From positions 1,824,001 to 1,888,000 of the forward strand of contig CM000152.2 of NCBI GenBank assembly GCA_000004695.1: 64,000 bases of DNA. The letters are read 5' to 3'. The notes beneath the pieces are model-generated. The model was given only the letters and a program-made list of their open reading frames with translations, did no database searches and had not been told where the DNA came from. The number at the start of each line of letters is the position of its first letter. The stretch's first letter is position 1. The position numbers were made by a program, and so were the translations under genes. Shown piece after piece: positions 1-25,019 of this stretch. The stretch comes from Dictyostelium discoideum (Eukaryota).

Positions 1-603
1 TCGATCACTAAAAAAAAAAAAAAAAAAAAAAGATAAAAATAAATTTTTTTTCATAACAATAAATAAAAAATTTTCACTAATTATTGTAATAATTAAAAAA
101 TAATAATAATGATAATAATAATAAAAATTAAAAATAAAATAATAATAGTACTAATATTTGGTTGATAAAAAAAAAATAGAATTTGATAGGATATAAAAAA
201 AAAAAAAAAAAAACAAAAAAAAAAAAAAAGCAAAAATAAATAAAGGAAAAAGAACCATTAATTTAAAATTTTAATCAATTATATAATCTTATCATTTTTT
301 TTTTATCCTATTAAAAGAATTTTTTTCATGGAGAATATGAGAACTGATTAATAAAAATAAATATAAAAAATAAAAAAACTAAAAAAAAAAAAAAAAAAAT
401 AAAAATAAAAATAAAAATAAAAAAAATAAAAAAAAATTAAAAAAAAATAAAATTTTGAAATAAAAAAACGAATCAAGTTTTTTTTTTTTTTTTTTTTTTT
501 TTTTTCCACAAAGTTTCGTTTATTTATAATTTTATATTATATCGAAATAATATATATTTATAAAAAACAAAACAAAATAAAATAAATAATACATAATAAA
601 AAA

Positions 604-3101
604 ATGGTACAAATATCAAAGAAAAAGATAATAACCAATAATAATAAAAATAATAAAAATAATAATAAAAATAATAATAAAAATGAAGCAAAATCCAAAG
701 TTATAACTATTCAAGAAGATAAAAGTGATAAAGGTGTATTAAATAAAGTTGATAATTTTATGAATGGAGTTTATGATACACCAGAAGTATTTGTAGGATC
801 AACCGATAAAATAAAGAATTCAATGACAGATATTATGTCAAATCTATATGAATTAGCAAAAAAGAATGAATCAACAATTACAGAAACCGATGCATTAGAT
901 TCTTTAGTAACCAAAGGATTCGATGGTGAACAAATTTGGGCACAACTTCAATTATATAATGATCCAATACTTCAAGAATTGGAATCAAAAGTAAATGATT
1001 TAACAACAAATTCAAATGATTTAAATATAATTAAACAAAAAAAACAACAAATAGACGATGAAGATGATGAAGATGATGAAAATGAAGATGATTTCGATGA
1101 CTTTGAAGATGAAGATGATGATGAAGATGATGATTTTAATTTAGAACATGATGATTACCAAGAAAGTGATTTAGAGGATGAATTATCACCACAAGAAGAT
1201 AGTTTAGGTGATTCTGATATTGAAAGTGAAGAATTAGAGGAAGAGGAAGAAGAAGAAGAAAAGAAATCAAATAAAAAAAATAACAAAAAAGTAGTTACTA
1301 CCAATGTAAATGATAAAGATGATAAAAAGAAAATTAAAGGTAAAAACTTTTTTGGTGATGTTGATGAAAATGTTGACTTTTTCGATGCAAAAGAGATGGA
1401 AAAGTTTTTAGATGATGAAGATGATAATGAATATCAAAGAAGAGAAGATCAAGAGAATGATGATGACGATGACGATGTCGAATTGGGTGATTCTGATGAA
1501 GATGATGGTGGTTTAGATTTACCAGAAGCTGAAATGGATGATGAAGAAAAACATTTAGATTCACTTTTAGATAAATATATGGAAGAGAATGCCGAAGAAT
1601 TAGAATTAGAAAGATTAGCTTCAAAATCAAAATCAAAATCAAAATCTTCAACAACTAAAAAATCAAAATCAATTGACCCATCAAATATGAAATTTAATGA
1701 TTTCTTTTCTGATCCAAATGAAAAAGGTGAAGATGACGATGATAATGAATTCCCAATTGATTATGAAGATGAAGAAGGTGATGATGATTATGAAGATGAA
1801 GATGATGATGATGAAAATTTAGATAAAGAAGAAGAAGATGAAGATGAAGAAGATGAAGAAGAAAATAAAGAAGAAATTAAAGAAGATAAAGAAGAAGCAA
1901 CATTACCACCAGAAGAATTATCAACTTTCCAAAAGAGAGCACAAAAAATTCAACAAAGAATTAAAGAACTTGAAGCTCAAAATCTTAAAAAGAAAGATTG
2001 GACTTTAGTTGGTGAATCTTCTGCCAGAGATCGTCCATCAGATTCATTATTAGGTGAAGTTTTAGATTATGATCATACACAAAGAGTAAGAATATTTTTT
2101 TTTTTTTTTTTTTTTTTTTCAAATAACATACATTAATATATTAATATTATAATTTATTTTATTATTATTATTATTATTAGGCAACACCAACTATTACAGA
2201 AGAAACAAATAAAACAATTGATGATATGATTAAAAAGAGAATTTTAGAAAAGAATTTTGATGATGTAATTAGAAAAACTGAAAAAGAATTTAAAGATAAC
2301 TATAAAAAGAAAATAGAATTAAGTGATGAAAAAAATACTGAAGGTTTAGGTGATGTTTATGAAAAAAGTGTATGTAAAAATTTAAAATAATTTTAAAATT
2401 ATTATTATTATTAATAATAATATATTAATATATTTTATTATTTTTTTTTTTTTTTCAAATTTTTACTATACTAGTATATGAAACAAGTTTTAGGAGTTGA
2501 AGAAACAGATGAATTAAAACAAAAACATATTAAAATTTATGAATTATTTAATAAATTATGTTATAAATTAGATTCATTATCAAATTTCCAATTTACACCA
2601 AAGAGAATTAAAGATAGAGAATTAAATATAACAACAGCAAATGCATTAACAATTGAAGAGAAGATACCAATTGCAACATCATCAGCTACAATGATTGCAC
2701 CAGAGGAAGTTTATTTCAAGAAGAATGCCGATGAAAAAGGTGAAAGTGAATTAACTAAAGAAGAACGTGTTAAGAATAGAAAGAAAGTTAAACAACAATG
2801 GAGAGATGAAAAAGATGAGAAAGAAGCTGAAATTAGACATAAAAAGAAGGTTGACCCATCATTTGCTAAAAAGACCACTGTTGCCGCTGATATGGCTCAT
2901 CTTAAACAAGCTAGTAATGTTACAATCTTTGATTCAAAGAAATCCGATGTTCATTCTGGTGACTTTAGATCTGGTAAAACTTTTGCAACCATTCAACAAA
3001 AAGAAGAAAATAAAAGAAAAGGTATTGATGATCCAAATTCTCTAAAATCAAAAAAGAAAGCAAAATTGGATAGTATTAAAGGTAGTGATTTCAAACTTTA
3101 A
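604..3101 (+). CDS. U3 snoRNP protein Mpp10 homolog; join(604..2085,2181..2369,2475..3101)
   Basis: N-terminal region is very acidic (D/E-rich). The C-terminal motif 'KDWTLVGESSARDRPSDSLLGEVLDYDHTQR ... TPTITEETNKTIDDMIKKRILEKNFDDVIRK' matches the conserved Mpp10 core. Intron 1 is 2086..2180 (GTAAGA...TTAG) and intron 2 is 2370..2474 (GTATGT...CTAG). Both are phase 0, and each exon length is a multiple of 3. ATG at 604. Confidence 0.75.
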
Positions 3102-3219
3102 ATAAAAAAAAAAAAATAATAATAAAAAAAAAAATAAAAAAAAAAAAAAATAAAAAAAAAAATAAATAAATAAAATAAAATAAAATTAAAAATAAAAAAA
3201 AAAAAAAAGAAAAAAAGAA

Positions 3220-3257
<38 letters not shown>

Positions 3258-3674
3258 TATTAGAATTTACTTTAACCCACAAGTTGTGTTTCATTTTATT
3301 TTTATATTTTTTTTATTTTTTTTTTTATTTTTTAAGCCCATGTTTCTAAACAATTATCTTAAATCATAGTTAATTTTAGTTTTTAATTTAAAAAAAAATA
3401 TATACATCGAACTGGTTTTAAAAATAGATTTTTTTATTTAATTTTTTGATATTTTTATTTTATTTTAGTTTTTATTTAATAAATTATATTATTAATTAAT
3501 TTAATATTAATATTTTCTCAATTTATTGAGTAAGTTTGAGCTACATTAAATTCTAATGAAGAATATTTGGTGCATGGCATATATAAAAACAACCCCCACT
3601 TCAACCCACTAACCTCACATTTAAAAATTCCCACACAATGATGATACCATTATCACTAACCCCTAAACACACAA

Positions 3675-3724
<50 letters not shown>

Positions 3725-6467
3725 GGTATTCACTCAATTATTGTTATTTTATAATTTTTTATTATATAAAATTTAATCTCGATTGTAAAAATAAAAAATG
3801 ACACTTTGATAATGAAAGTTTTTATTTGAATATTGAAAATAGACTCATTTGTAGGTTATTTATGTTATTTATGAAAATTGAGGGAAAGATGTGTTGATCG
3901 ATTGAAAGTGTTTAAATATTTTTAAAAATAAAAGTAATTATTTTAATTTTAAGATTATTTTTAGTTTTTTATTTTTGAAAAAAAAAAAGAGTTTAGAAAA
4001 AATAAAAAAAAAAAAAAAGGTGAGGATGGTGTATGTTTTTATGAATAAATTGAATTTAAAAAAAAAAAAAAAAATTTAACTAAAATAATTAGGTTGAATA
4101 TATAATATTATTTAATGAATCTCTGGTTTATTTATTTATTTTATTTAATTTTATTTTATTTTATATTATTTTTGTTTAGTTTATTTTTATTTTTATTTTT
4201 ATTTTTAACTTTTTTTTATTTTTATTTTTATTTTTATTTTTTTTTTTTATTTTTATTTTTTTTGATTTCCCAAATTTTTATGAATTTTCAAATATTGTAA
4301 AATGACCCAATCAAAATTAAACTGAATGTTTTTTTTCTAATCTCTTTCAATCACTAAAATCAAATGTGTGGTGCAAGACTACACTAATAATAGTGTTTCA
4401 TTATGACTTTTATTTTTTTTAAAAATAATAATTTAATTTCAAAAAATTAATTTTTAGAGTCTTTGGGCTGCAAAGGCTTTTATCAAATAAGCAAATCTCC
4501 CACATTCTCATGATTATATTAAATTTTAATTTAAAAAATGAGGTTGTGTTATTTTAAATATGATTATTCTCCAATTCACACAAAATTTCAATCATTTAAA
4601 AAGAAAATTTTTTTTTTTTTTTATTATTTTAAAATTTTAATTTTATTTTTTTTTTCATTTGGATTACTACATCATCTTTTAATCATCTTATCACAATCTT
4701 TTTTTAAAAAAAATAAAATAAAATAAAAAAAAATTATTTTTTTTAAGAAATCATTAAAACTAAAATTCATGTATGTAAAAACTAAAATTTTTTTATTATT
4801 TTTGACAAAGTTTGAAAATTCAATCAAATTCCAATACAAATAATGTACATCATTTTGTTTTTTTTTTTTATTTTTTTTTTTTTTTTTATTTTTTCTTCTA
4901 TTCTGTTTCGTTTTTATTTTTTTATTTTTTTTTTTTACTATAAAAAATAATTTCAGTTTTTTTTTTTTTTTTTCTACATTGTTTAAACAGAAGAGTTCAC
5001 CTTTTAAATAATTAAAATAGTTTGTATCTCATTTTTTATTTTTTTTTTATTTTTTTAATTTTTTTTTTTTTTTTTATAATCTGTTTTTAAACGAATTTTT
5101 AAAAAAATATATTTTTTATTCTCCAATTTTTTATTTTTTTTTCAAATATATAATAATTGTTTAGATACCCGAATTTTTTTTTTTTTCAATCTAAACAATT
5201 CTTCTTTTTCTGTAAAAAAAAAAAAAATTATTCATAAAAATATAATTAAAAAAGAAACCAATAAATTTCAAGTTTTTTTTTTTAATTACTTTTTTTTTTT
5301 TTTTATTATTTAATTTTTTATAACCTCAAATTCTTTATTTCCCACCAAATTTATTTGGATAGATAAAAAAATAAATAAAATAAATAAAATAAATAAAATA
5401 AATAAAATAAATAAAATAAAAAAAATAAAAAAAAAAAAAAAAAAAAATAATTTATTAAAAAGTTGAATATGGTGTGATTATTTTTTTTTTTTTTTTTTAT
5501 CCCAACTTATTGTTAATCTCAATTATATTGTTTTTATTCTGATGTTATATCTTTTTGATTTTATGATAATGAACATCATCATGGTATTTTTAGATTTGTA
5601 CATATATTCTGGAAAGAAAAGAAAAAAAAATAAAAAAGAATGGGAAAAAAAAAAAAAAATTATAATCTCCCAATTATATAAAAAAATAAAAAAAAACATT
5701 TTATTTTTGCCCACTCAATATTTACACTCACACTTTCACCACTAACACACACATTCCTTCAATATACAATAATAACAACACCATTTTTATTGATTGTTAC
5801 TATTATTATAAATTTACCTACAAAAACGTTTTTAATTAATTATCTGCCATCACAGAATTATTTCACCACATTACCTAATTTTTTAAAAGAAAAAATTAAT
5901 AAAAAAAAAAAATAAATAAATAAAAAGAGAAAAAAAAAAAAAAAAAAACCAGATATGAATAAAAAAAAAAAAAAAAAAAAACAAAAAACAAATACTTTCA
6001 TAAATCATACATATATATAAACAAAACTAATATTTTAAAAAAAATATCGGTAAAATTAAAATTTTTTTTTTTTATTATTAATTTTTTTTTTTAATCTAAA
6101 TCTCAATTTATTTATGTCTGATTAAATAGAGATTTAAAACAATCACACACCATAGTATATATTTTTTTATTTTTTATTTTATTTTTTTTAATTTTTTATT
6201 TTTTTTTTATTTTTTTTTTATTTTATCTAATCACTCTTTTTGAAAATTTTTTAATTTTTTATTTATTTATAAACCATCATTTTTTAAAATTTTAAAAAAT
6301 TATAAATAATTATTAACTTTTTTTAAATTTTCTTTTTATTTTTTAATTATTTTTTAAAATAAATAATAATAATTTTTTCTTTTTTCTCTTTTTTTTTTTT
6401 TTTAATTAGTTTTTTTTCCATTTTTAAATCAAATAGAAATACTACCACAACAACCAAAAAATTAAAA

Positions 6468-7196
6468 ATGACATCAGCTACTAATAATAATTCAAGTTCT
6501 ACTGAACAACAACAAGCAGTATTATATCAAAAAATATTTAAGAAAATCTATGAAAGTAAAGCTGGTACAAATAAGAATTCATGGGAATATTTTTCATTGG
6601 GTTTAACAGTTTATCAATGGTTAACAGAGAACGATCCAGTTTATACTCATACATTGGTTCTTGAAGATGTTTTGGATGCAGTTTATGAAATATTCGATAT
6701 TATCATATCAATTTTAGAAATGTTAAAGTCCAATTCATCATTACTCGCTCCTATTGTCTATTACTCAAATTCATTCGTTAAAAGAGCTGGTATTAAACAT
6801 AATCAATTATTTAATTTACTATTAACCAGTACAATTGTAACTTTAAAATTTTGGTCTGAATCTGTCCAAATTAGAAATATACTATTGGCTGATATTTTCG
6901 AATTCCCAGTTAAAGATATCAATATAATGGAGAAACGTTTCTTGTCTGGTATTGATTACAATTTAAATATTTCTCAAAATGAAATCTCTGAATTCTTGGC
7001 CAGATTCGATAAATCCTATCATGAACGTTTCCAAAAATTAAAACATTTTAAAGAACAACAAGCTTTATTAACTCAATATATTAAACAACATAAAAATCAA
7101 TACAATACAAAAAAACAATTATCAAAATCTGCAAATAATATAACAACTACATCAATAATAATATCAGCTGATACTCAAAATTGTGAAACATATTAA
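6468..7196 (+). CDS. cyclin-like protein (PHO80/PCL-type cyclin fold), single exon
   Basis: 242 aa. The segment 'VKRAGIKHNQLFNLLLTSTIVTLKFWSESVQIRNILLADIFEFPVKDINIMEKRFLSGIDYNLNISQNEISEF' has the spacing and hydrophobic pattern of PHO80-like cyclin boxes. ATG is preceded by a CA-rich leader. Confidence 0.5.
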   Translation: MTSATNNNSSSTEQQQAVLYQKIFKKIYESKAGTNKNSWEYFSLGLTVYQWLTENDPVYTHTLVLEDVLDAVYEIFDIIISILEMLKSNSSLLAPIVYYSNSFVKRAGIKHNQLFNLLLTSTIVTLKFWSESVQIRNILLADIFEFPVKDINIMEKRFLSGIDYNLNISQNEISEFLARFDKSYHERFQKLKHFKEQQALLTQYIKQHKNQYNTKKQLSKSANNITTTSIIISADTQNCETY

Positions 7197-7239
7197 TATT
7201 ATTTTTTTTTTTTTACCCCCTTCAAAAATCCGAATTTAC

Positions 7240-7276
<37 letters not shown>

Positions 7277-7714
7277 GTCATTTAAAAAATCATTTAAATT
7301 ATATGTTATATTAGTCATTGTCGTAAAAAAAAATTAATGATTTCATTATTTTATTTAAAAATACGAATTTTAAAAACCATCAAAAAAAATTGTAAATTAT
7401 TTTTTTTTTTTATATAAAAAAAAAAAAAATTAATAAATTGTATATTATATGTAAATTAATATTTCTAAAAAAACAAAATAAAATTATTTATTTATTTATT
7501 TAATTGAACTTGTGGTTTTTTTTTTTTTTTTTTTTAAAATTTGTATATATTAAAATATTCCAAACATACCAAAATTTACCACCATTCAAAATATAAAATT
7601 ATTATCAAAAAAGTACCCCTCCTATGTGGTTATTTTCATTAATTATTTGCTATAAATAACATAATTCAATTATTTAATTATAATTTTTTTTGATTTTTTA
7701 TTTATTTTTTTTTT

Positions 7715-7751
<37 letters not shown>

Positions 7752-8089
7752 CATGTACCCAAACACACTCACCACATTGGAGGTACAATAAAAAAAAACC
7801 ACAACAATAATATAAATCATAATTATTTATATATTACTCACTCAAATTAAATTATGTATTATATTATTTTAATTAAAATATAATATTTTTAATTTTTTTT
7901 TTTTTAATCATTATTTTTTTTTTTATTTTTTTTTTTTTTTTTAAAATTTAAATTACAATAAAATAAAATATAAATCAAAAAAAAAAAAAAATCATAATAA
8001 AAATTAAACTTTACTTTATAACCAATGGTTAATGGACAGAAATAAATTTAATTAATTCGTAATTTATATAAATTAGTAATAATAATAAT

Positions 8090-8120
<31 letters not shown>

Positions 8121-8139
8121 GATAAAATAATTAAAGAAA

Positions 8140-9102
<963 letters not shown>

Positions 9103-9199
9103 TAAAAAATAAAAATAAAAAATAAAATAAAAAAATTATAGGAAATATATATTTGTTTTAAAATTATTGTTTATTTAAATATTTATTGTGAAATTTAAT

Positions 9200-13979
<4,780 letters not shown>

Positions 13980-14077
13980 ATTTTTTTTTTTTTTTTTTTT
14001 TTGTTTTCCCTCTTTTTTTAGTAAAAAAAAAATAATAAATGATAAGAAAAAAAACAAAAAACAAAAAGAAAAATGTG

Positions 14078-14108
<31 letters not shown>

Positions 14109-14282
14109 TTAAATTTCTGAATTTTTTTATTTTTTTTTTAATTTTTTGTTGTTCCCAAATCAAAAATAAAAGAAAATGAATAAATAAAAAAAAAAAAAAA
14201 AAAAAAAACAGAAATGTATTGATTTTAATTAAAATACAAAGGGGTTTATTATTTTTAGTTTTATTTTAAATTTTTTATATAA

Positions 14283-14452
14283 TCAAGGTAAAATAAAAAA
14301 TGAATTTCCTCCACCTGCTTTAACTAAACTTTTATCATTTCCTTTGATTGAAGGTAATAGTTGTGGAAATGATTTATTATCACCATCTTTACCAATTATA
14401 ATTGGTTCACAAAGACCTAATTGATAATGTTCATTCCAACCAAATGAATATA

Positions 14453-14485
<33 letters not shown>

Positions 14486-15232
14486 CATTTGAATAAACTT
14501 GAATTAAGATATGCTCAGAACCAATTGAAAAGTTTTTAATTTTATTTTCATTAAAAGATTCGCTATTTAATAGTTTAAATTGATTTGAATTACTATTATC
14601 AAGTGATAGATCTCTATTATCACCTAAAATACCATACTCACCACGACCACATATATATAATTTATCTTGGTTCGTCAATAAACAACTATTACTCCAACCA
14701 CATTGTATCTCTTTTATTTTAATATCATTTAATGATTTTGATGTAGAAGTTGGTAATATAAATGATGAAATATCAATCACACAAGGATTTGATTGATCAA
14801 TGAAATTACCATTACCTAATTGTCCGAATTTATTTTGACCAAATGATAATACATTTTTAAAATTAATATCCAATAAAAGAGTATGCTGAAATCCACATGA
14901 AATTTGAATGATTTTAATTTCATTTTTAAAATTAATTAATTTTGGTGAATCTTGAACCATTGGATCAGCAATATCATTGATATTATTATTATTATTATTA
15001 CTCTTTAAACTATTTCCATCAATTAAATTTGATAATTGACCAAATTTATTACAACCCCAACCGTATACATCATTTTCACTTGATAAAGCAATTGAATGTC
15101 TCATTCCACATGATACACTAACTATTCTAATTTTATTATTAAATAAAATTTCAATTAACTTTGGTTCATTTAAATTCTTTCTTTCAACTTTCTTTTTCTT
15201 TAATACAATTTTTTTTTTAATAACTCCACCAC

Positions 15233-15320
<88 letters not shown>

Positions 15321-15517
15321 TTTATTATTTGATGTTGATAAAGTTGAATTTAAGGAACAAGTTGTATCTATACCCAATTGACCATGACTATTTGAACCCC
15401 ATGAATAAATATTTCCATTATTATCACATGCTAAACTATGTGCCCATCCTCCTGAACAATTTTTTATTTTAATTGAGTTTATTTTAAAGTAATTTAATAT
15501 TGTTGGAATTGTTTGAT

Positions 15518-15592
<75 letters not shown>

Positions 15593-15914
15593 CATTTGAA
15601 TTTATTCCTAATTGACCACTATCATTTGAACCAAATGTATATAGATCTCCATTATCAATAATCATCATTGAATGACAACCTCCGCCAACTATATCATTGA
15701 CAATTTCATAATCTTTTTTACCATCTGGTGGTAAAACTAAAGTTGGTGTACTAACACTATCATCAGTATTACCAATACCTAATTGTCCTAAATTTCCTGA
15801 TCCCCCTTTATATTTATTTTAAATTAATTTAGAAAATCAATATATATGCGTGAGTGTGTGTGGGATTGTATATGATTTTTTAATTTGTAATATCTTACAA
15901 GAATAAATTTTCAT
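14283..15914 (-). CDS. RCC1-repeat (regulator of chromosome condensation-like) protein; complement(join(14283..15805,15899..15914))
   Basis: Multiple RCC1 blades: 'YSWGSGNLGQLGIG', 'YTFGSNDSGQLGI', 'YSWGSNSHGQLGI', 'YGWGCNKFGQLS', 'FGQNKFGQLGNG', 'YICGRGEYGILG', 'YSFGWNEHYQLG'. The ORF stays open upstream of the listed Met with no ATG. A 16-nt first exon (ATGAAAATTTATTCTT) followed by a GTAAGA donor and an ...AAAG acceptor restores the first blade as 'MKIYSWGSGNLGQLG'. Intron is 93 nt, phase 1. Confidence 0.7.
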
Positions 15915-16169
15915 TTTTATTATTACTATTGTTATGAAAAGAATATATAAAAAAAAAATAAAAATATTTATAAAAACATTCAGATATCACACTTTTGAAA
16001 AAAAAAAAAAAATATTTTCATTTTATTTTTTTTTTTTTTTCAAAAATAATCCCAAAAATAGAATGAAATAAAAATAAATAAATAAATATATTATTTATTA
16101 TTTTATTATTATTATTATTATTTTTTTTACTATTACACAGAGTCTTGTATACAAATTATTTAAAATTTA

Positions 16170-21388
<5,219 letters not shown>

Positions 21389-21496
21389 TTTTTTTTTTTT
21401 TTTTTTTTTTTTTTAGGATTTGTTGTTGGTTAATATTTTAAATTTTAAATTCTTTTGATACTATAGCTGTAAATCGAGTTTATAAAATAAAATAAA

Positions 21497-21554
<58 letters not shown>

Positions 21555-22172
21555 TTTGTTTTGTCAAAATTTAAAATTGATCAAACCATAAAAAAAAAAA
21601 AAAAAAATTTTCTGTGCGAATTGTTTTTTTTTTTTTTTTTTCTCTTTTTTTTTATTTTATTTATTTTTATTTTTTAATTTTTTTTTTAATTTTTTTTTTC
21701 TGATAGATTTTAATTTTTACGACAAAAAAAACAGTTGGAAAAAAAAAAATTGTTATGGAAACAATTGACTATTTTTTTTTTTTTTTTTTATTTTGAAAGC
21801 CACAAAAAAAAAAAAAAACAATAATAAAAAAAAAAATAAAAATAAAAATAAAAAAAAAAGTGAAAAAATGATTGGCCAAAAATTTTGAATCTGATGACAA
21901 GATTTTTTTTTTTTTTCACTGATTGGTTGAATCACATTATGAGATTTATTGAAAATCCAAAAAAAAAAAATAAAAAAAAAAAAAAAATTTTTAATTTTAT
22001 TTTTTTCTTATAACGCAATAAGAAATTAGACAACAGCCAATCCTTAGCACAGCTATGAATTCAAAAATTTTTTATCACGGTTTATTTTTAATATTATTAT
22101 TTTTATTATATTTTTTTTGTTTTTATTTTTATTTTATTCCATTTAATTTATTTTATTGTTTTGATGATTTTA

Positions 22173-23156
22173 TTAGTTATTTATAAAATTAATATCAAAT
22201 TTTTTCTCTGGAAAATGTGAACAAAAATTAAAATTTGAATTTTCATATTTATATAAGCCACATCCTTTGTCATATATAAAAGAATGAGTTTTTCTTAAGC
22301 TATATCTTTTTTTGGAGAACCAATTTAAAATTTTTTCATTGGAAGTATGATATGACTTTGCAAAATATTCAACTCTCTCCTCTTGAGGGAAAGGATAATT
22401 TTCAAAGTAGACATAGAGCTCCTTTGTTGTTTTGGTGAATTTCTTGGTTGAATTTTGTTTATATTCCAAATGTTGAGCTTTTTTAAGATTTTCTCTTTTA
22501 TGTTTGAACCAAGTTACTATTTGTTCAACAGACATATCAAATTGATAGGCAATAATTTCCTTTTCAATTGCATCTGGAAATGGATTAGAATTAAACAAAT
22601 TTTCAAGTTGATCTTTATGTTCTTTGGTTTTTCTTGATCTTGTTTTTTTAACTTTGGGTGGTACAACAGATTCATTCCCATCTTTATTATTTTGAATTTC
22701 ACTTTGATTATCTGATTGATTATCTGATTGATTATCAGATTGACAATCAGATTGATTATCTGATTGATAATCAGATTGATAATTATTTTGGAATTCAATT
22801 TTATTATAAGATTGATTTAAATGATGGCAACTATTTTTTGTTTCATTTTGTTGGAGATTATTTTTTAAAATATTTTCACTGTTAAAGAAATAATAGTTTC
22901 CATTGTCATTTTTATTATTATTATTATTATTATTTTTATTGTTACAATTATAGCTATAATTATTTGAGACATTATTACTAATATTGTCGTAAAAATTAAA
23001 ATAAAGTTTATTTCCTTGAATATATGAAGTTGGAGAAGACAAATTAGAAGGTGGTTGTTGTTCAACTTCTGTGGAGTCATTGCAGAAATCTTCCTTAAAT
23101 TTTATTTTTAAATTATTTCTATTTTTAACATTTTGTTTATTATTATTATTTTCCAT
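22173..23156 (-). CDS. homeobox protein with two homeodomains
   Basis: Two homeodomain-like segments end in '[13 protein letters not shown]' and '[14 protein letters not shown]'. There is a (SDNQSD)n repeat. Single exon, ATG at 23156. Confidence 0.6.
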
Positions 23157-23526
23157 CCTTTTTATTTTTTTTTTTTTTTTTATTTTTTTTTTTTATTTAT
23201 TTTTTTTAGAAAATTTTAAAATGGACTATATTTTTTTGATGGAAAAATAAGATTTAAAAAAAAATTGAAAAAAAAAAAAAAAAAGAAAAGGTTGATGATA
23301 AAAAAAATTTTTTTTTTTTTTTTTTTTGTCTTTTTTTTATTTTATTTTTTTTATTTTTTTTTTTTTGAAAGACAACTTTTAAGGAATTCAAAAAAAAAAA
23401 AAAAATGATTAAAAAAATATAAAAAAATTAATAAAAAAATAAAAAAAAAAAAGAAAACCTCGGATGTGTTTTTTTTTTTGATTAAAAAAATTATTATTAT
23501 TGAGATAAATAATTTTTTTGCTTGGG

Positions 23527-23562
<36 letters not shown>

Positions 23563-24179
23563 TATAAATCCATACACTCTCAGTGAAAGTTAAAATCTAT
23601 AAAATCTAAAATATGTGGTCAATAGTGGTTGTGGTACTAAAAATAAAAAATTAATGACCATAAGAAGTAACAATAAAATATTCACACAATATCCAGGTTT
23701 TCTTTTGTTAAAGTGGACACAAAGTGGTTTGTTTATCTAATTTTTCATATAATCAAAGACTCTAAAAATAGTATAGATTTTTTATCTAATTGAATGTGAT
23801 TAAATTTCAGAGTGTATCTTGAGTTTAAAAAAAATCTATACCTCATAATAAGATAAATTAAAATAAATTATATTTTTTATTATCATTTTTTCAAAATTAT
23901 ATTACAATTAAAGGAAGTATAAATATTTTTTTTAATTTTTTTTATTTTGAATTGTTTTTTTTTTTTTTTTTTTTCAATTTTTTTTTTTTCAATTTTTTTT
24001 TTTTTTTTCAATTTTTTTGGACTAGATTTGCCCATGTGCATCAAAACACCACTTTGAAAAATGATAAAAATAGGATTTTTATTTTCTTTTTTTATTTTAT
24101 TTTTTTTTAAATTAAATTATTTTTGTTCAACCCAATCGTTAATTATTTATTTTTATTATTTTTATTATTATTATTATTG

Positions 24180-24223
<44 letters not shown>

Positions 24224-24340
24224 TATTTTTTTTTTTTTTTTCTTTATTAATTTTATCCAGTGTTCGATAAATTAAATTTTTTTGAAACATTCAAAGATTT
24301 TGTGTTCGAATTAAAGGATCTTGAGAAACTTTACAAAAAA

Positions 24341-24415
<75 letters not shown>

Positions 24416-24642
24416 TTTTAATTTTTCCCATAATAATTAATTTTAAAAAAAAGAGATTAAAATTTGAGGAGATTAAAATAAACACTACCTCCCAAAAAAA
24501 TTAATTAAAAATTAAAAATTTAAAAAAAATAAAAAAAAAAAAAAAATAAAAAAAAACGAATGGAAAAAAAATTAATCACGGAATTTGGTATTTTTTTATT
24601 TTTTTATTTTTTTATTTTTTTTTTTTAAATTAAAAAACGATA

Positions 24643-24963
24643 ATGAAAAGATTACTTGAGATATCTTGTCAAAAACAAAATTCCATTAAATCATTATCTA
24701 CACCATTATCAAAATATGTAAATAATAATAATAGTAATAATTACAAAGCCATATTTATAAATCCACAACAAAACCAACATCATCAACAACAACAACAAAT
24801 AAAATTTAATAACAGTAGTAATACAAAAACCTTTAATATAAATGAATTTAATTTAAATTTTAAAAGATTGTTTTGTACAAATAAAAATATAAAAAATGAA
24901 ATAGAGAATGAAATAGAGAATAATAAAGTTGAAAAGGAAGATGAAGAAGAGGAATTAAATGTA

Positions 24964-25019
<56 letters not shown>

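Noticed and set aside
1334-1654. 106-aa minus-strand ORF overlapping the acidic region of the Mpp10 gene
   Set aside because: His/Leu-rich translation of the antisense of a GAT/GAA-rich acidic tract. Overlaps a well-supported gene.
2767-3045. 92-aa plus-strand ORF nested in Mpp10 exon 3
   Set aside because: Alternate frame of a Lys-rich coding region. No independent support.
21400-22170. Possible tRNA genes in intergenic regions (Dictyostelium TRE retrotransposons target them)
   Set aside because: No GGTTCGA/GGTTCAA T-loop box with an appropriately spaced A-box and acceptor stem was found anywhere in the window. No TRE, DIRS or Skipper-like RT or integrase ORF is present.
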